DNA from: Guillardia theta CCMP2712
Lineage: Eukaryota; Protista; Cryptophyta
Length of the DNA: 64,000 nt
Reading direction: 5' to 3'
Assembly: GCF_000315625.1 (NCBI RefSeq)
Contig: NW_005434593.1
Span: 254,915-318,914, forward strand
The position numbers and the translations under genes are program-made. How positions within the stretch are numbered: position 1 is the stretch's first letter; every line of letters begins with the position of its first letter. Of this stretch, positions 22,526-36,712 are shown piece by piece. The notes beneath the pieces were generated by a model that worked only from the letters and a program-made list of their open reading frames with translations, was not told the origin of the DNA and ran no database searches.

Positions 22526-23910
22526 TTAACTAATGGTACAATTCTTGCCCTCCAAATGAGACTTCTTGTTCATCCACTCAACTCGCACCTGGAATGAGGT
22601 TTAGATTTCTTGCAAGAATAATACAATCCTTTAGGAATACCTTGCCCTCGGGGGAGATATCCAACAGAGTAGTGCATGCAAGGGATATTCTAAACTTCTG
22701 ATATACACTTGGTGCGTCGTGTGCCATCAATCCCTGTTTGACAAGCCTCGGTCAAGGCAAAGGAGAAATCAACTGATGAAGACATTGACGTTACCTGAAG
22801 CGTTGCTTCAGTGATTCCGTGCGCAGAGACGTCGATGTCCGGATTGTTTTCATGTCCAGAGGTGGAGTGATTGGCTGCTTGGTTGTTAGAAGAACAAGGA
22901 GCCCCAAATCAAAGCGCTCACTCAGGACAGCCATCAGCAGGGCGAGAAAATCTGCATGAGACACCTGTAGAGCAATGAGATCCCAGAATGGGACAAGTTG
23001 CACCTTCACACTCACCAGCAGCAACATTCCGTCTTGACCCATCTCATTGTGAAGGTACGCGCTTTTCAACCAAGATGAAAGCCTTTCCGCTCTGAATTCA
23101 AGACAAGTAAACCAAGGGTTCTTTTCCATTGATATCTTGCTAACCGCTGGATAGCCTCCGTTGTCCCTTCGAATCCTCTCCCAGAGTCCCATGGGCCAGA
23201 AGGGGCAAGCTTGACACATCGAATCCAAATTGCTGTAACAAGTCGTCAGATGGGAAGCTCAGTGCAGGGAGATGTCGTCAAGACCTGCTTGATCGTCATT
23301 GCTTCCATTGCTCTTCCCGTGACCTTGTTGAACTGTAGATTTCGACTGTTAGCCGTCGAGCGCAGATAGGTCAAAAGGCTGTCTACCTGGCCATTTGGCG
23401 ACCGCTGGGCTGTGTAGATCCCTCCAACTTCGCAAAGATCTCCTCTCACCTCCGCTGTCTGTTGTGACTGTGTCATCAAACCCTCCCGATCGTCAGCATC
23501 ACAACACTCACGGGGAGATTGAGCGCCCCGACGATCACCTTCGCAGTTTCACATGCTCGTCTCATGGGAGACGTCAAGACGCGGAACCTTAGCAGCGGAC
23601 CTTTTCAGTGCCTTCAAGCTTCAACAAATATGCTTACCTCTTGCATCCTGATTTTTTCGGCAGTTTCTTTGCGTGCTCCATCAACCTCTTCAGCTGCTCT
23701 TTCCCCGCGGGTGAAAGTTCGGGGTCGTCTTGGCGCATCGAGCTGGTTGGAGTGTGAGGAGGCGAAGCATTGCACATGCATCGTGCGAACTCACAGCCAT
23801 TCGTCTTGAGCCTGTTGCTCGCTTGCCTTCCCTGATGTGATTTTGGTATGGACCTGAGCTTGGACGATGTTGTTCATGGATTGTGCATGGCGGATGAGGA
23901 GAATTTTCAT
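22526..23910 (-). CDS. Histidine phosphatase superfamily (phosphoglycerate mutase-like) protein, multi-exon
   Basis: MKILLIRHAQSMNN...DPELSPAG...TSPMRRACETA...LCEVGG...VSHADF...VRVEWMNKKSHL. Confidence 0.85.
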
Positions 23911-24352
23911 GTTTCCAGAGCTTGCTGAAACCACAGAACATCAGAATTGGCCACGTGCTCGTGAGCAAAACTAACTTTTCCTTCTCAATCTTTCTGTTTA
24001 CCTACAATTACAAAGAGACACACGCGAAAGAAAAGTGCGTGAGGGAGGAGAGAAGCATTCTATAGATCTCATTGTGATGATATGCACGATCAAAAATCGG
24101 ACAGGAGGGTATAGCTAGAGAACAACGTAAGGAAATAGAAGACGAAGTTGCGATACAAGATGTTGAAAAGAGGAGAACAAGTTGGCAAGCGCGAAGCTCG
24201 GTAAGTTGCAAGCAGTTGTCGAACATAAGACAAAGTAACAAGAGGTTTGGGTAAGTAAAGAAAGGGCTCGTTGAGTACAAAGGAGCAGGTGTGAACGAGT
24301 CAAGAAGGACAAGTAAGAAAACAAAGGAGCAAGAAGAGAAGAATGAGGGCAG

Positions 24353-24353
24353 G

Positions 24354-24385
<32 letters not shown>

Positions 24386-24394
24386 TGTTTTGTT

Positions 24395-24444
<50 letters not shown>

Positions 24445-24603
24445 GGTGGTGGTGGTGGAGGTGGAGGAGGAGGGAAGGGGAGGAGGAGGAGGAGGAGGAG
24501 GAGGAGGTGGAGGTGGTGGTGGTGATGGAGGAGGAGGAGGAGGAGGAGCAGGAGGAGCAGGAGGAGCAGGAGGAGCAGGAGGAGAAGGTGGAGGAGGAGG
24601 AGC
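24353..24603. repeat. Compound microsatellite (GTT)n-(GGT)n-(GGA)n-(GGAGGAGCA)n
   Basis: Directly visible. Confidence 0.95.
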
Positions 24604-24839
24604 ATGTGTGGCATCGGAGTTGGGGGATATTCGTGTTGCGCATGCTTGAAAGGGACGATCATTTAGTCCGACAAACTGATATTTGGGAGGGGGGGTATAA
24701 ATTATTATCGTGACAACATAATTCATGACATATTTTGAAAATATGTTTGATAAATATCAAAATAACAAACAAATATTGATGATAATAGTTCATATTGATG
24801 CCCTTGAAGGAAAGATCACAGCTCCCTGGAGCAAGGCAC

Positions 24840-25850
24840 AAACCCATACCACTTCGTTTCAAGGGTGGGTTTCACAAAACATGGGTAGGGTAATTATGAT
24901 AGGGGTGGGGGGTACTTTTTATTTTTAAAATTATGCAGATTTGACTGTCCACCAAACTTCTCATTGAAATAAGAACTAATTTACATTTGCTGTCTTAGAT
25001 TCTTTTCATAAGGACATAGAAATCAATTTCAACAGGAGGGGTGGTGTTAGTAATTCTGGAGGTGGTGGTGGTGATAATGGATTGTAGTGGGTAGGGTGAT
25101 AGTTCGAAACGTTCCAATATCGTGACTGTTTTGATTCCAAACTTGTGGCCTTTTGAAAGGTTGCGTTTTGTTTATGTACCCATTCACCCACCCTTGGGTT
25201 CTCGTCCACATTCAAAGTACCCCCACCTACACAGAATTTCATGATGACCCCTACTTTCCGCACAATTCAGTATTAAAGTACCCCTCATAGAATCACCTCT
25301 ACCCCAGCATTCTTCACATGCTATGACCACCACCCACCTCCACCTTCAACCTTCAGCACCCTTCCTATCGGGGGAGCACAAGGATTTAAAAGCATATTCC
25401 CCGGGCCCGGCTGCCCCTGTCATCCGATTACGTACCGCCCCGGCCCGGGCCATGACCGTACACCCGGTGCCACGCGGCCGCCGGAGGCACCGGGTGGATT
25501 GAAGTTGGCACGGACACTGAGTACCCGGTACCCGGCCCGTACTAACTTTCAGCTTATTCAACTGAGCGTAACTTCTTTGAGTAACTCAGTGACTAGCATC
25601 ATTGAACTCCGAACTCTTGAACTTGATCATAGGTGGATGATCAGCCGTTACCGCTGCGCGTTGCCAAGTTGAACTTGTTACTTTGAGTGAAATGGCTGGC
25701 TCAGTCAGCTTCCGATCAAACTTTGAAAGTTGAAGCGCCGTGAGAGTCAAGCCTCCTCGACGGGAGTCTCCTGATTGTATCCTCGTACTGTTTTTTGAAT
25801 TCACTTTGAGTCAAGGATTACATACATCTAAACTTAACTGAAGGCTGAAT
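24840..25850. promoter_or_regulatory. Intergenic module with several CTTTGAGT-type copies
   Basis: GGGT/ACCC block at 24840-25370; CCGG/GTAC block at 25400-25545; CTTTGAGT copies at ~25575, ~25681 and ~25804. Confidence 0.5.
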
Positions 25851-26139
25851 AGTAAAGAGGAGGAACTGAACCTGGAATCAGAAGCCTCGGAATGACACTT
25901 GGAGGAAGTTTCGGCAGTGCACAAAAAGGAACTTGAATAAAGGCTCCCTCGAATCAGTCACTCGGATGGAAAATTTCAGTGGCGGTGCCCTTGTGTACAG
26001 ATAAATTGCACATGGTCGTATGATTAGCAGAGCTACGCATTGAATAAATTCTCCATCTTCACATAAAGGCTATTCCCACCCTGGGTAATCATTCGACGTC
26101 GACAAGTCAGTGTAAGCCTTCTCCACGAATCGCACACTC

Positions 26140-27159
26140 TCAAGACAACCTCAGGGTTTGAATCCATGGACCGGAAAGGATCGTTACCAAAGTCAATCTG
26201 AGGGAATAGCCATAAGTGATCTGGGGGCGCATTGAAACAGGCATTACCTGTACATCATCCCTCAACAAGAACCAGAATGACCTGGCCATCATGGTGGCGT
26301 AAATATTGAATAGCGACGTGAAGACCTGAATAAACAAAGTAAAAACTCCTTAGAATGCTCAAAGAAATGTTGGACACCATAGACAGCGAAGAATACAGGT
26401 ATGCGAAGGATTTGAAGCGTGAAACGTCGTACTTTGTGCACGACATCACCTGTGTAAATTCACATGATCAATGGTGGTAAGGCAGCGATTTTCAGATGCA
26501 AACCTTTGGATCTTGACATGATGTGGCGTTAGGAAACAGTTCTCTGCATTTGTCGCATGATTGATTCTCAATGGCAAGGGCATCCGTTTCACTAGCAAAG
26601 TTACAAAGTTCAGCAAAAACACGTCTGCTCAGAAAATGTATACATGGTCGACAAACGAATGATCTCGAAGATCAGGTACAAGAACGCAAAAACCATCCAT
26701 CCGATGAAGACGATCTTAGCCAGAGAGGAGTTTCTCTTGCTGTGCGCGAGCATGCCAACAATCTATATGACAATTAGCTCTGCAGGACTGTAGCGACATG
26801 CATGCCTGGGCGGCGCCCAAGAAAATGAAAAGTAAGATTCGGTAGACACCCAGGCCGTAGGTGTTGAATGATCCTACTTCTTCCCAAACGTTCTGCTTCC
26901 TGAGCAGGCTCAATCCCTCATAGAACACCCCGAGCACGCAGAGTCCAAGAACAAACTTGCAGAAACTCCTGTAGCCAGCTCAGAGAACTTGTAGAGGAAG
27001 AGTCAGAAGGGGAACCGGAAGCCCTTGTCCAAGTCATAGCATCCACAGATGAGCCTGGTGGGTCTCAGCAGGACCAGGAGGAGCGGAGGCAGGTGCATGC
27101 CCTCTTGACCTTGCTGCTAGCAGTTTGGCATGGCAGCCAAGCCTTCGTCGGTGGGCCAT
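26140..27159 (-). CDS. Hypothetical multi-pass membrane protein, multi-exon
   Basis: Exons with hydrophobic segments: LICGCYDL, KFVLGLCVLGVFYEG, VYRILLFIFLGAAQ, KIVFIGWMVFAFLYLIFEII, ISLSILRSFYFVYSGL; not every splice phase resolved. Confidence 0.5.
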
Positions 27160-27696
27160 CTAATTTTTGGGGGTAGGGGTACTCAAGTACCCCTCCGATT
27201 TACAGTCAAAAGACGGGTATAATGAGGGTTTCAAATGAGGGACGTAGGACAGAAGTCCGCCTCAGGGCATGTAATCAGGCGGGCCCCGGGGATGCCCAGT
27301 GTCCGGATCATCACTGAACTGAAATTGAGATGACAATGCCTATCAACCACCTGTTGGTACATTCCTAGGACCACCTCTAGTGCAGGTATAGAATACCCTA
27401 GGACCACCTCCCGCTGTCAAGCGCCATGCTTTGAGTAAGCTAACCTGATACCCATAATGGCGGGGAAAGTTTGGCGGGGCGAGGGAAAGGAAGTGCATGG
27501 GCGGCAATGTGCAAGAGACGCTGGGAGAGGGCACACCATGCTGGAAGGATGATGATGCTTCTAAGGAGGAGAATTGTGCAGGTACCAAGGACGTTGACTC
27601 TTGGAAGGTGCCAGGAGAGGAAGGCAGCGCTAATATTGACTTAGTGCTTGGTTGACACAGAGGATTTTGGTGTGAGCGACTACCTGTCGGGACAGC

Positions 27697-30600
27697 ATGG
27701 GGAGTTCCAGATCTCTGCTGTTCTTGATCATGGCAATCCTGCAGGTTCGGAAGTTCGAGGGTTCGTTGGTGAGCTCCTGGAGCTTCAATGGTGACCTGAG
27801 TGACTCTTCAGTCTATTCCAACACTCTGCAAGGAAACAATGTAGAGTTCTTGACTACCACAGCATTCCAATCGATTCTTTGGGGACAATACGCACATGTC
27901 GCTGGAGACAACTCATACGCCAGACGTGTTGACTTTGACTTCATGGTTTCTAATGGGGAGTTCACTGTGGAGTTCTGGGTCAAGATCGATTCGCAGCAGT
28001 ACAACATCTTCACATTTGCGAATCTGACAACTACCTTCCTGCAATTTTGGAATGTTGGATCACAAGCTGGCTGCCAATTTGAAATCGGGGGAGAGTTCCC
28101 AGTCATTCCCGACGCTTTATGCACTGCACTGCAGAGCAATTCTTGGCACCATGTCGCGATAGTTGGAAATTTTACAGAGATCTTATGGTATCTTGATGGC
28201 AACTTTGAAGGATCAAGCTCTTTGCAGTCCAATCATTCCATCCCAGGTGTAGGAAACCTCACCATCGGTTTCAATTCAGACCTGGCAAACTTTTCAGCAG
28301 GGACATCTCAAAGCATGTCTGATTTTCGAATGTGGAACACAGCTAGGTCAGCAGCCAGCATCCAAGAGTTCCTTTTCACTCGCGTGCCGTACTTAAATTG
28401 CTCTGCAGGATACGAGGGGTTGGTACAAGCAAGCGGATTTGACTGTTCGCAATGCAGCCAGGGCATGTACAAATCCTCTGCTGGTATCCAGCTCTGTAGT
28501 ACCTGTCCAGCGAACAGCTCTTCAACGACAAACCGAGAGAATTGCTTGTGCAACCAAGGATACGAACAAACCGACCAATCAAGTCTCCAGTGTACTATGT
28601 GCCAACGAGGAACATACAAAGAAAATATTTCAGATCAAAGCTGCAAACCATGCGATGCCGGCACCTACGCAGACCAGGAGGGCTCGACCTACTGCACGGC
28701 CTGCACGGGGAACGCAAGCTCGCCGGTAGCAAGCGACAACATCACAGCATGCCTGTGCTTGCCGGGGTACACGGGCAGCTACGCGGAGGGGTGCAGGGCT
28801 TGCGAAGTCGGGAAGTACAAGCTTGTCAACGGGACGGACACCTGTACGCCATGCGCGATCGGGACATACAAGAACATGTCCGGGCCGGGGGCTTGCTACG
28901 AGTGTCCGGCGCACTCGTCGACGGCCAACACGAGCAGCGTGTACTTGACGGACTGCGAGTGCAACGTAGGGTACAGCGGGGAGAAGGGAGGACCGTGCAC
29001 GATCTGCTCGGCCGGGTACTACGCCGACGTCCCTGGACAGACGCAGTGTATGGCATGCGACGCCGGCACCTACGCAGACCAGGAGGGCTCGACCTACTGC
29101 ACGGCCTGCACGGGGAACGCAAGCTCGCCGGTAGCAAGCGACAACATCACAGCATGCCTGTGCTTGCCGGGGTACACGGGCAGCTACGCGGAGGGGTGCA
29201 GGGCTTGCGAAGTCGGGAAGTACAAGCTTGTCAACGGGACGGACACCTGTACGCCATGCGCGATCGGGACATACAAGAACATGTCCGGGCCGGGGGCTTG
29301 CTACGAGTGTCCTCCCTTGACTGGGACACCTCAAATTGGAAGTTTTTCAATAGAGGATTGCATTTGTATTGCCGGGTACTATCAATCGAATGTCTCGAAT
29401 TGTACCATTTGTCCAACGGGAATGTACAGTTCGATTGCTGGAAGCACAGCCTGCACTGCATGCGACGCCGGCACCTACGCAGACCAGGAGGGCTCGACCT
29501 ACTGCACGGCCTGCACGGGGAACGCAAGCTCGCCGGTAGCAAGCGACAACATCACAGCATGCCTGTGCTTGCCGGGGTACACGGGCAGCTACGCGGAGGG
29601 GTGCAGGGCTTGCGAAGTCGGGAAGTACAAGCTTGTCAACGGGACGGACACCTGTACGCCATGCGCGATCGGGACATACAAGAACATGTCCGGGCCGGGG
29701 GCTTGCTACGAGTGTCCGGCGCACTCGTCGACGGCCAACACGAGCAGCGTGTACTTGACGGACTGCGAGTGCAACGTAGGGTACAGCGGGGAGAAGGGAG
29801 GACCGTGCACGATCTGCTCGGCCGGGTACTACGCCGACGTCCCTGGAAAGCCGCAGTGTACGGCATGCGACGCCGGCACCTACGCAGACCAGGAGGGCTC
29901 GACCTACTGCACGGCCTGCACGGGGAACGCAAGCTCGCCGGTAGCAAGCGACAACATCACAGCATGCCTGTGCTTGCCGGGGTACACGGGCAGCTACGCG
30001 GAGGGGTGCAGGGCTTGCGAAGTCGGGAAGTACAAGCTTGTCAACGGGACGGACACCTGTACGCCATGCGCGATCGGGACATACAAGAACATGTCCGGGC
30101 CGGGGGCTTGCTACGAGTGTCCGGCGCACTCGTCGACGGCCAACACGAGCAGCGTGTACTTGACGGACTGCGAGTGCAACGTAGGGTACAGCGGGGAGAA
30201 GGGAGGACCGTGCACGATCTGCTCGGCCGGGTACTACGCCGACGTCCCTGGACAGACGCAGTGTACGGCATGCGACGCCGGCACCTACGCAGACCAGGAG
30301 GGCTCGACCTACTGCACGGCCTGCACGGGGAACGCAAGCTCGCCGGTAGCAAGCGACAACATCACAGCATGCCTGTGCTTGCCGGGGTACACGGGCAGCT
30401 ACGCGGAGGGGTGCAGGGCTTGCGAAGTCGGGAAGTACAAGCTTGTCAACGGGACGGACACCTGTACGCCATGCGCGATCGGGACATACAAGAACATGTC
30501 CGGGCCGGGGGCTTGCTACGAGTGTCCGGCGCACTCGTCGACGGCCAACACGAGCAGCGTGTACTTGACGGACTGCGAGTGTATCCCTGGATACTGGGGT

Positions 30601-33600
30601 CGCAACGGTCACGCTTGTGATGCCTGCATTCCAGGGCAGTACAAGGAGGAGCTTGGGTCGCACAACTGCAGCTCGTGCCCAGCAGACACCTACCTCAACT
30701 TCTCTGCCTCGAATACGCGACAAGACTGCGCCGTGTGTCCTGCGCATTCGAGCTCTCCAGTAGGGAGCGACAACATCGTAGACTGCCGGTGCAACAAGGG
30801 GTACACAGGTCCAGACGGGGGTCCATGCGAGGCCTGCCCGACGGGGAAGTACAAGAGCGTACTGGGGTCTTCGGGTTGTCAAACGTGTCCGAGATATTCG
30901 GATTCTCCCTTGGCAAGCATCGTTTTGTGGAATTGTTCTTGCAATCAAGGATATTTTGGTCCCTTTGGTGACTCTGGCATCACGTTCACTTTTATCTTTG
31001 GTCATCAGTGTACGGCATGTGCAGTGGGCAAGTACAAAAATACTTCTGGATCAAGCCTGTGCACTGATTGTCCGACATATTCCACTACGCCCTCACCAGC
31101 CAGTCCCAATAGGACGGATTGTACATGCAACGTAGGGTACAGCGGAAACGATGGAGAGAAATGTACGATCTGCTCGGCCGGGTACTACGCCGACGTCCCT
31201 GGACAGACGCAGTGTACGGCATGCGACGCCGGCACCTACTCAGACCAGGAGGGCTCGACCTACTGCACGGCCTGCACGGGGAACGCAAGCTCGCCGGTAG
31301 CAAGCGACAACATCACAGCGTGCCTGTGCTTGCCGGGGTACACGGGCAGCTACGCGGAGGGTTGCAGGGCTTGCGAAGTCGGGAAGTACAAGCTTGTCAA
31401 CGGGACGGACACCTGTACGCCATGCGCGGTCGGGACATACAAGAACATGTCCGGGCCGGGGGCTTGCTACGAGTGTCCGGCGCACTCGTCGACGGCCAAC
31501 ACGAGCAGCGTGTACTTGACGGACTGCCAGTGTATCCCTGGATACTGGGGTCGCAACGGTCACGCTTGTGATGCCTGCATTCCAGGGCAGTACAAGGAGG
31601 AGCTTGGGTCGCACAACTGCAGCTCGTGCCCAGCAGACACCTACCTCAACTTCTCTGCCTCGAATACGCGACAAGACTGCGCCGTGTGTCCTGCGCATTC
31701 GAGCTCTCCAGTAGGGAGCGACAACATCGTAGACTGCCGGTGCAACAAGGGGTACACAGGTCCAGACGGGGGTCCATGCGAGGCCTGCCCGACGGGGAAG
31801 TACAAGAGCGTACTGGGATCGTCGGGTTGCGTCAGCTGCAGTCCAAACTTCTACGTCAACACCTCCGCTGCTACTGTTTGCCTTGCCTGCCTGTCAGGGA
31901 GCGTCTCTAACGAGGGAGACTTCGGATGCATCTGCGACAGGGGGTACGAGACTACTAGCGACCTCCTCAACCCATGCAGAGCCTGCACTTCCGGCTCGTT
32001 CAAGCCTTTGAACGGCTCAGGTCAGTGTGTCCTCTGTAGCCCAGGCACATACAACAACGTGAGCGCCGCCAGCTCTTGTGCGCAGTGCGACCCTGCGATG
32101 AAGATGTCGGAAAATCTTCTACTGGCCTGTCAGTGCGATCCCAGTTGTAAAGTGGCATGCGACAGGAACCAGCACGCATGTTTCCTCAGTCAGAGGGGAG
32201 GCTACAATCAGTCTGTGAACGTGTGTGCGCTGAGAGGAGGGATTTTGATTGAGAGAGGTAACCAGGCCGATCACTGCTGAAACGTGAACTAATCTTGTTT
32301 CTGCAGGAAACCTCTCCGTGTATCCTGTGGACATATCCCGAGTCCTGGCGTTGATCTCTGCCTTTGAAGGCTACTACTGGACTGGAACGACCCAGCAGGC
32401 AGACTCGCTGGGGAGGGACTGGTGCTCGCTGTCGCGCTGGATCGCGGGCTCCCTCGATGTCGGGCCTCGCGGCTTTAACACTTACATGGCCGAATGCGAC
32501 TCATCTCACTACTCGGTGTGCATGATCTGCGAAGAGAACTACTGGCTGGAAGTCCAGGGATCCACGTTTTCCTGCAAGCTCTGCCAGTGTGAAGCCGGCT
32601 CCTATAAGAACTCGAAGTGCTATGGCAGAGACAATGGATGCGCTTTGTGCCCCGGCGGCACCTATGCTGTGGGACAGACGACAACCTGCCTGTCGTGTAC
32701 AGCTGGGAAGTACGTGGGCACTGACGCATGCAAACATTCTCTGACTCTCGCTGACAGGTACAGCCTTGCTGGTGCAACCTCATGCTCCTCGTGTGCCAAC
32801 GGCACGTCGACCAAGCTCGGGGACTCAGTCTGCTATGACTGCGCTGCAGGATGGTTTAGTGTCGGCGACGGTTGCGAGAGGTGCCCTGTCGGGCAGACAT
32901 CTGTCAGGAAATCTTCCTCGTGCGCTCCCTGTGCCCCTGGCTATGTGACGCCCTTCTCCACCTTCTGCGAGCCCTGTCCAGCTGGGAAGTTCTCTCCCAA
33001 CTCGACTCAGCTCTGCCAGCTCTGCCCCAACGGAACTTTCTCGGAAGCCGGTTGGTCAGTCTGTCAAGCTTGTCCAGTTGGAAAATTCGCTGGATCGAGT
33101 GGAAGAAGTTCCTGTACCAACTGCGAGATCGGCAAAAGTTCTACCTCCGGCCAATCCACATGCTCGGGATGTGTCCCTGGAAAGTTCTACCGGGCCAGCG
33201 ACTTGACTTGCGCGTCATGTGCCACGGGGACGTACTCGAACTCTTCTCAGTCTACGTTCTGCTGGTGATGAGGAGGAGGTCGAGTCGCTAGTCAAGCTGA
33301 CTGTGTTGTTAGGTTGTGTTCTCCTGGTTTCTCCTCGGACACCGACTCGAGCACCTGTTACTCCTGCCCATCTGGGAAATATTCTCAGCTCGGATTTGCC
33401 GCCTGCCGTAATTGTGAAGCAGGAAAGTTTGGGGTGGAGGTCAATGCCACCACCTGCATCCTTTGTGCTGCTGGGAATTACTCCAACATCTCGGGAGCCA
33501 GCTCACCAGAGGCTTGTTCTACTTGCAGTCAGGGATACTTCTCGCTGGTTGGGAGCTCGTCCTGTGCAGCTTGTGCGGTTGGAAAGATCTCTAACGTACC

Positions 33601-34638
33601 AGGAGCAACGTACTGCACCGACTGTCCCGCAGGCAAGACGTCAGTCAGCGGGTCCTCTAGCTGCTCCGCTTGCCCAAAAGGGAAGTACTCGACAGGGGGA
33701 GGCGACTGCAGCCAGTGCGAAGCAGGGAAATATTTCTCAGATACAGGGGCTACGTCATCTACTTTCTGTCTGGCCTGTTCGCAAGGATCATACTCGCCCC
33801 GGGGGTCAGCGACGTGCACCTTTTGCAAGGAAGGACAGATTGTGTCAGCTTCCAAGGATGGGTGCACGTCCTGCAATCTACCAGTGAAGGACGTCAAGTG
33901 GACCAATGCTGGTGTGGACTGTAGTTGGACATGCCCGGAAAAGAAGTATGACGCATGGCTGTGCTGTGTCCCAGCTTGAAGGTTCTGACCTCTTCGCAGC
34001 TTCAGGTGGGTACGTGACAAGTACTTCGTCCAGTGCTTCCCTTGTCCCTTCGACGCACCGATACCTGGTAGAGCGAGGCAGTACCGGACTTGAAGGACCT
34101 GACTACGTGCTCAGACGGTGAAACCTGCACCTGCCCACCCTCTGCCCCCTTCCTACGTGTCTACGTGAAGGCAGATCCAAGTGACAAGGTTAGAAGGTTT
34201 CTGACTTGACGTCTGATCCCATTCCGCAGGGTTCCTCGTTCCTTCTATCGTCTCTGTCCAGTGTGTGTCCGAGGACAAGGGAATACCGCAAGTAATGTGC
34301 TCCTTCCCTTCTCCTTTCCTCGTCCACCCCTCCTCCCTGATTCTCTCTCTCCTCTTCTCCTTCTTGCCCTTCTCTCCTTCTCCCCTACTCTATCCTCTCT
34401 CTCTCTCGCTCTCCTCCCTTCTCTTGCTCTCCATCCTCCTTATCCTGCTCCTTTCAGCCCATTGGAGACATGCCTCCCTCCAAGCCTGCCAAGTGGTGCT
34501 GCTCCACCAACAACGCTACCTGCAGCACCCAGAGGTCAGTTGGGGAGCTGCTGAGGACGACACTGAAGGAGATGGCTGTGCAGGTGCAGCGAATGTTGGG
34601 TTCCTTACAACAACCCTCCTGACATTCCAGTCTGCTGA
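27697..34638 (+). CDS. Giant secreted Cys-rich protein: signal peptide, LamG/ConA-like domain, many GCC2/GCC3 (ephrin-receptor-like/TNFR-like) repeats, central C-type-lectin-like domain
   Basis: LamG motifs FTVEFWVK, WHHVAIV, YLDG, DFRMWNTARS; CxxCxxGxY repeats; CTLD-like CFL..YNQSVNVCALRGGIL..YWTG..CDSSHYSVC across the intron at ~32257-32306; last exon CSECWVPYNNPPDIPVC*; no C-terminal TM seen. Confidence 0.85.
28651..31830 (+). repeat. Near-identical 405-bp coding tandem repeats plus a 951-bp-period duplication
   Basis: Unit TGCGA(C/T)GCCGGCACCTAC... starts at 28651, 29056, 29461, 29866, 30271 and 31222. Confidence 0.95.
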
Positions 34639-34799
34639 AGGGAAAGTTGAATTTGAAAAATGTTATGTTACATGTTTCTTCCTGTCCTCCTACAACTTCC
34701 TGCATGCCCGGCTGCCTGTCTGCCTCATACAGACATTGACAGACTCTGACGGCTCCTGCCGGTCCTGGCTCGCATCGATCGCTGCGCGTCGTCGAATGT

Positions 34800-36385
34800 A
34801 GCGAAAGTCACGTTACCAACCGGAGTCTGCGGTAGGAGTGAGAAGGGAAGGGATACGAGCGACTATACTGAAGGGTCTTGACCGACGATAGAAGCAGTCC
34901 AAACACCTATAGAGAGGTTGTTTCCTATTCGCTCCACAGTCAGTCACCCCGGACTGAGTTGAGGCAGTGGAAGTTACGGCTGTTTGGGGAGAGAGCCTTT
35001 GGTGACCTCCGCACCTCCTGTTGACGAAACATTATGACCCGTTGCAGCTCTACAAACAAGTCGAGGAATGTTTGAGAAACATGTTGAAGACATCATCATC
35101 AACATCAAGGACAACACTTCAAGGAATATCACGGAAACCAACTCGTCAGTTTTCAGCGAATGTCTCCAACCTTGAAGTTGTAAGAAATCTCTTCAGGTCG
35201 TATGCTGCTCTGTACATCTGCTCGACAATTCTCTATCTCACGCTCTATCATCTCCAAAATTTTTGCCGCATGATCTTCGGTAGCAGAGCTCTGGTCCAAC
35301 AATCTGATCTTTTCCTTCACGCTTCCCATTGCCTTCAACGCTCGTCATGTCATGTATGTGAACTCGTTAACTCACCTTAAATCCAACGACGTAATGTAAC
35401 GAACGCAACAATCTGTGATGATGTGCAGAGCTTGCAAAGCAGTGTAACGTAGCAAACAGTAACTTCTTGTCCACACTGAACGAGAGCAGAAAGTCAGCTC
35501 TTGTTGCTGTCATCGTGAACGAGTACTCACTTGACCTCGTCAAACGTCAAAAACTGACATAGCTCTTCGATGAGACCGAGGGTGACAGTAAATGACAAAA
35601 GTCTGCAAATCAACGGAGGCGTCACCAGCCCCAAACTTCAACTCCTCTTACCTTTCAATCCTTGTTCTCTCCATGTTCGCTCTCGTGGAGATGAGTTGCA
35701 GAAAGATACCGATCGCTTGATCTGTGATCTTGAGCAACAACATGTCAAACTTTCATCTTCAATCAGTCAGGCTCACTTCGACGTCCCTTCCTTTCAACAG
35801 TGTGAGACACAGGGAAAGGAAACCTTTCTCTGATGCGCATTCCCAACCTACTCGTGAACTTCATCATCTTCATCCCACCACGCTCACTTGACCTCGTTCA
35901 CAGTCGCTCGACAGCCGCACTGAGGCCAAGAGGTTGGCAAGCACGTGACCCCTGACCTGCTCTTGGGAGGATGAAAATTCCTCTATAACATCAATCTACA
36001 TTCATCACCAACAGAATATGACGTTGCAAAATGTCTCACCAAGACTTTTACTCTGTCAGGATGCTCCGCAAAAGCCTTCCTTGCGGGAATGGAACCCGAG
36101 AGCAGGTTTCGAAAGCAAGCACACGCAGAGGAGAGGAGAAGAGGGTCGCGGTCTGCGAAGCTGCGCAGGTAGTGCTGCGAGACTAACTATCAGCTGGTCG
36201 AGAGCTGAAGGAGGGGAGGTTACCTGAATGACTAGAAACACTTGCTGTACCAGGTCGGCTTCAAGTAGCAGGCTCTGGAGTAGAGTCGGTACACTATGTG
36301 ACATGTTCACACAAAGTAACGAGAATCTCGCTTGATGACGTGGCAAGGGAGGCGCAAGCTCCGAGGACCTGAGAGAAAATTTCAA
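34800..36385 (-). CDS. Hypothetical coiled-coil protein, multi-exon; boundaries uncertain
   Basis: Exon-like segments such as MKAMGSVKEKIRLLDQSSATEDHAAKILEMIEREIENCRADVQ, flanked by GT/AG sites. Confidence 0.4.
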
Positions 36386-36419
36386 TGGAGGAAGACGAGA
36401 AGATGGAGAGATGGAGTAA

Positions 36420-36712
36420 GGAGAGGAGGAGGAGGAGGAGGAGGAAGAGGAAAAATGAGGATGAGGGTGAGGGAGATCAAAACGGAGAGAACGAGAAAAA
36501 GGAAGACGAAAATGGAGAAGTAGGAAGAAGAACAGGAAAAGGAAGAGGAAGAGGAGGAAGAGGAGGAAGAAGAAGAGGAAGAGGAAGAAGAGGAGGAAGA
36601 GGAGGAAGAGGAGGAAGAGGAAGAGGAAGAAGAGGAGGGGGGGGGGAGGAGGAGGAGGAGGTGAAGGGAAGGAAGAGGAAGAATAAGGGAAGAGGAGGAG
36701 GAGCAGGGATAT
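36420..36712. repeat. GGA/GAA purine microsatellite tract
   Basis: Directly visible. Confidence 0.9.

Noticed and set aside
24008-24726. Poly-P/T/N/Q/H ORFs suggesting an extensin- or mucin-like protein
   Set aside because: Translations of a compound microsatellite open in all frames, with no signal peptide or exon support
28542-31005. Long alternative-frame and antisense ORFs (692 aa, 552 aa) over the Cys-rich gene
   Set aside because: They follow from a stop-free GC-rich unit being tandemly repeated; translations are low-information and R/V-rich
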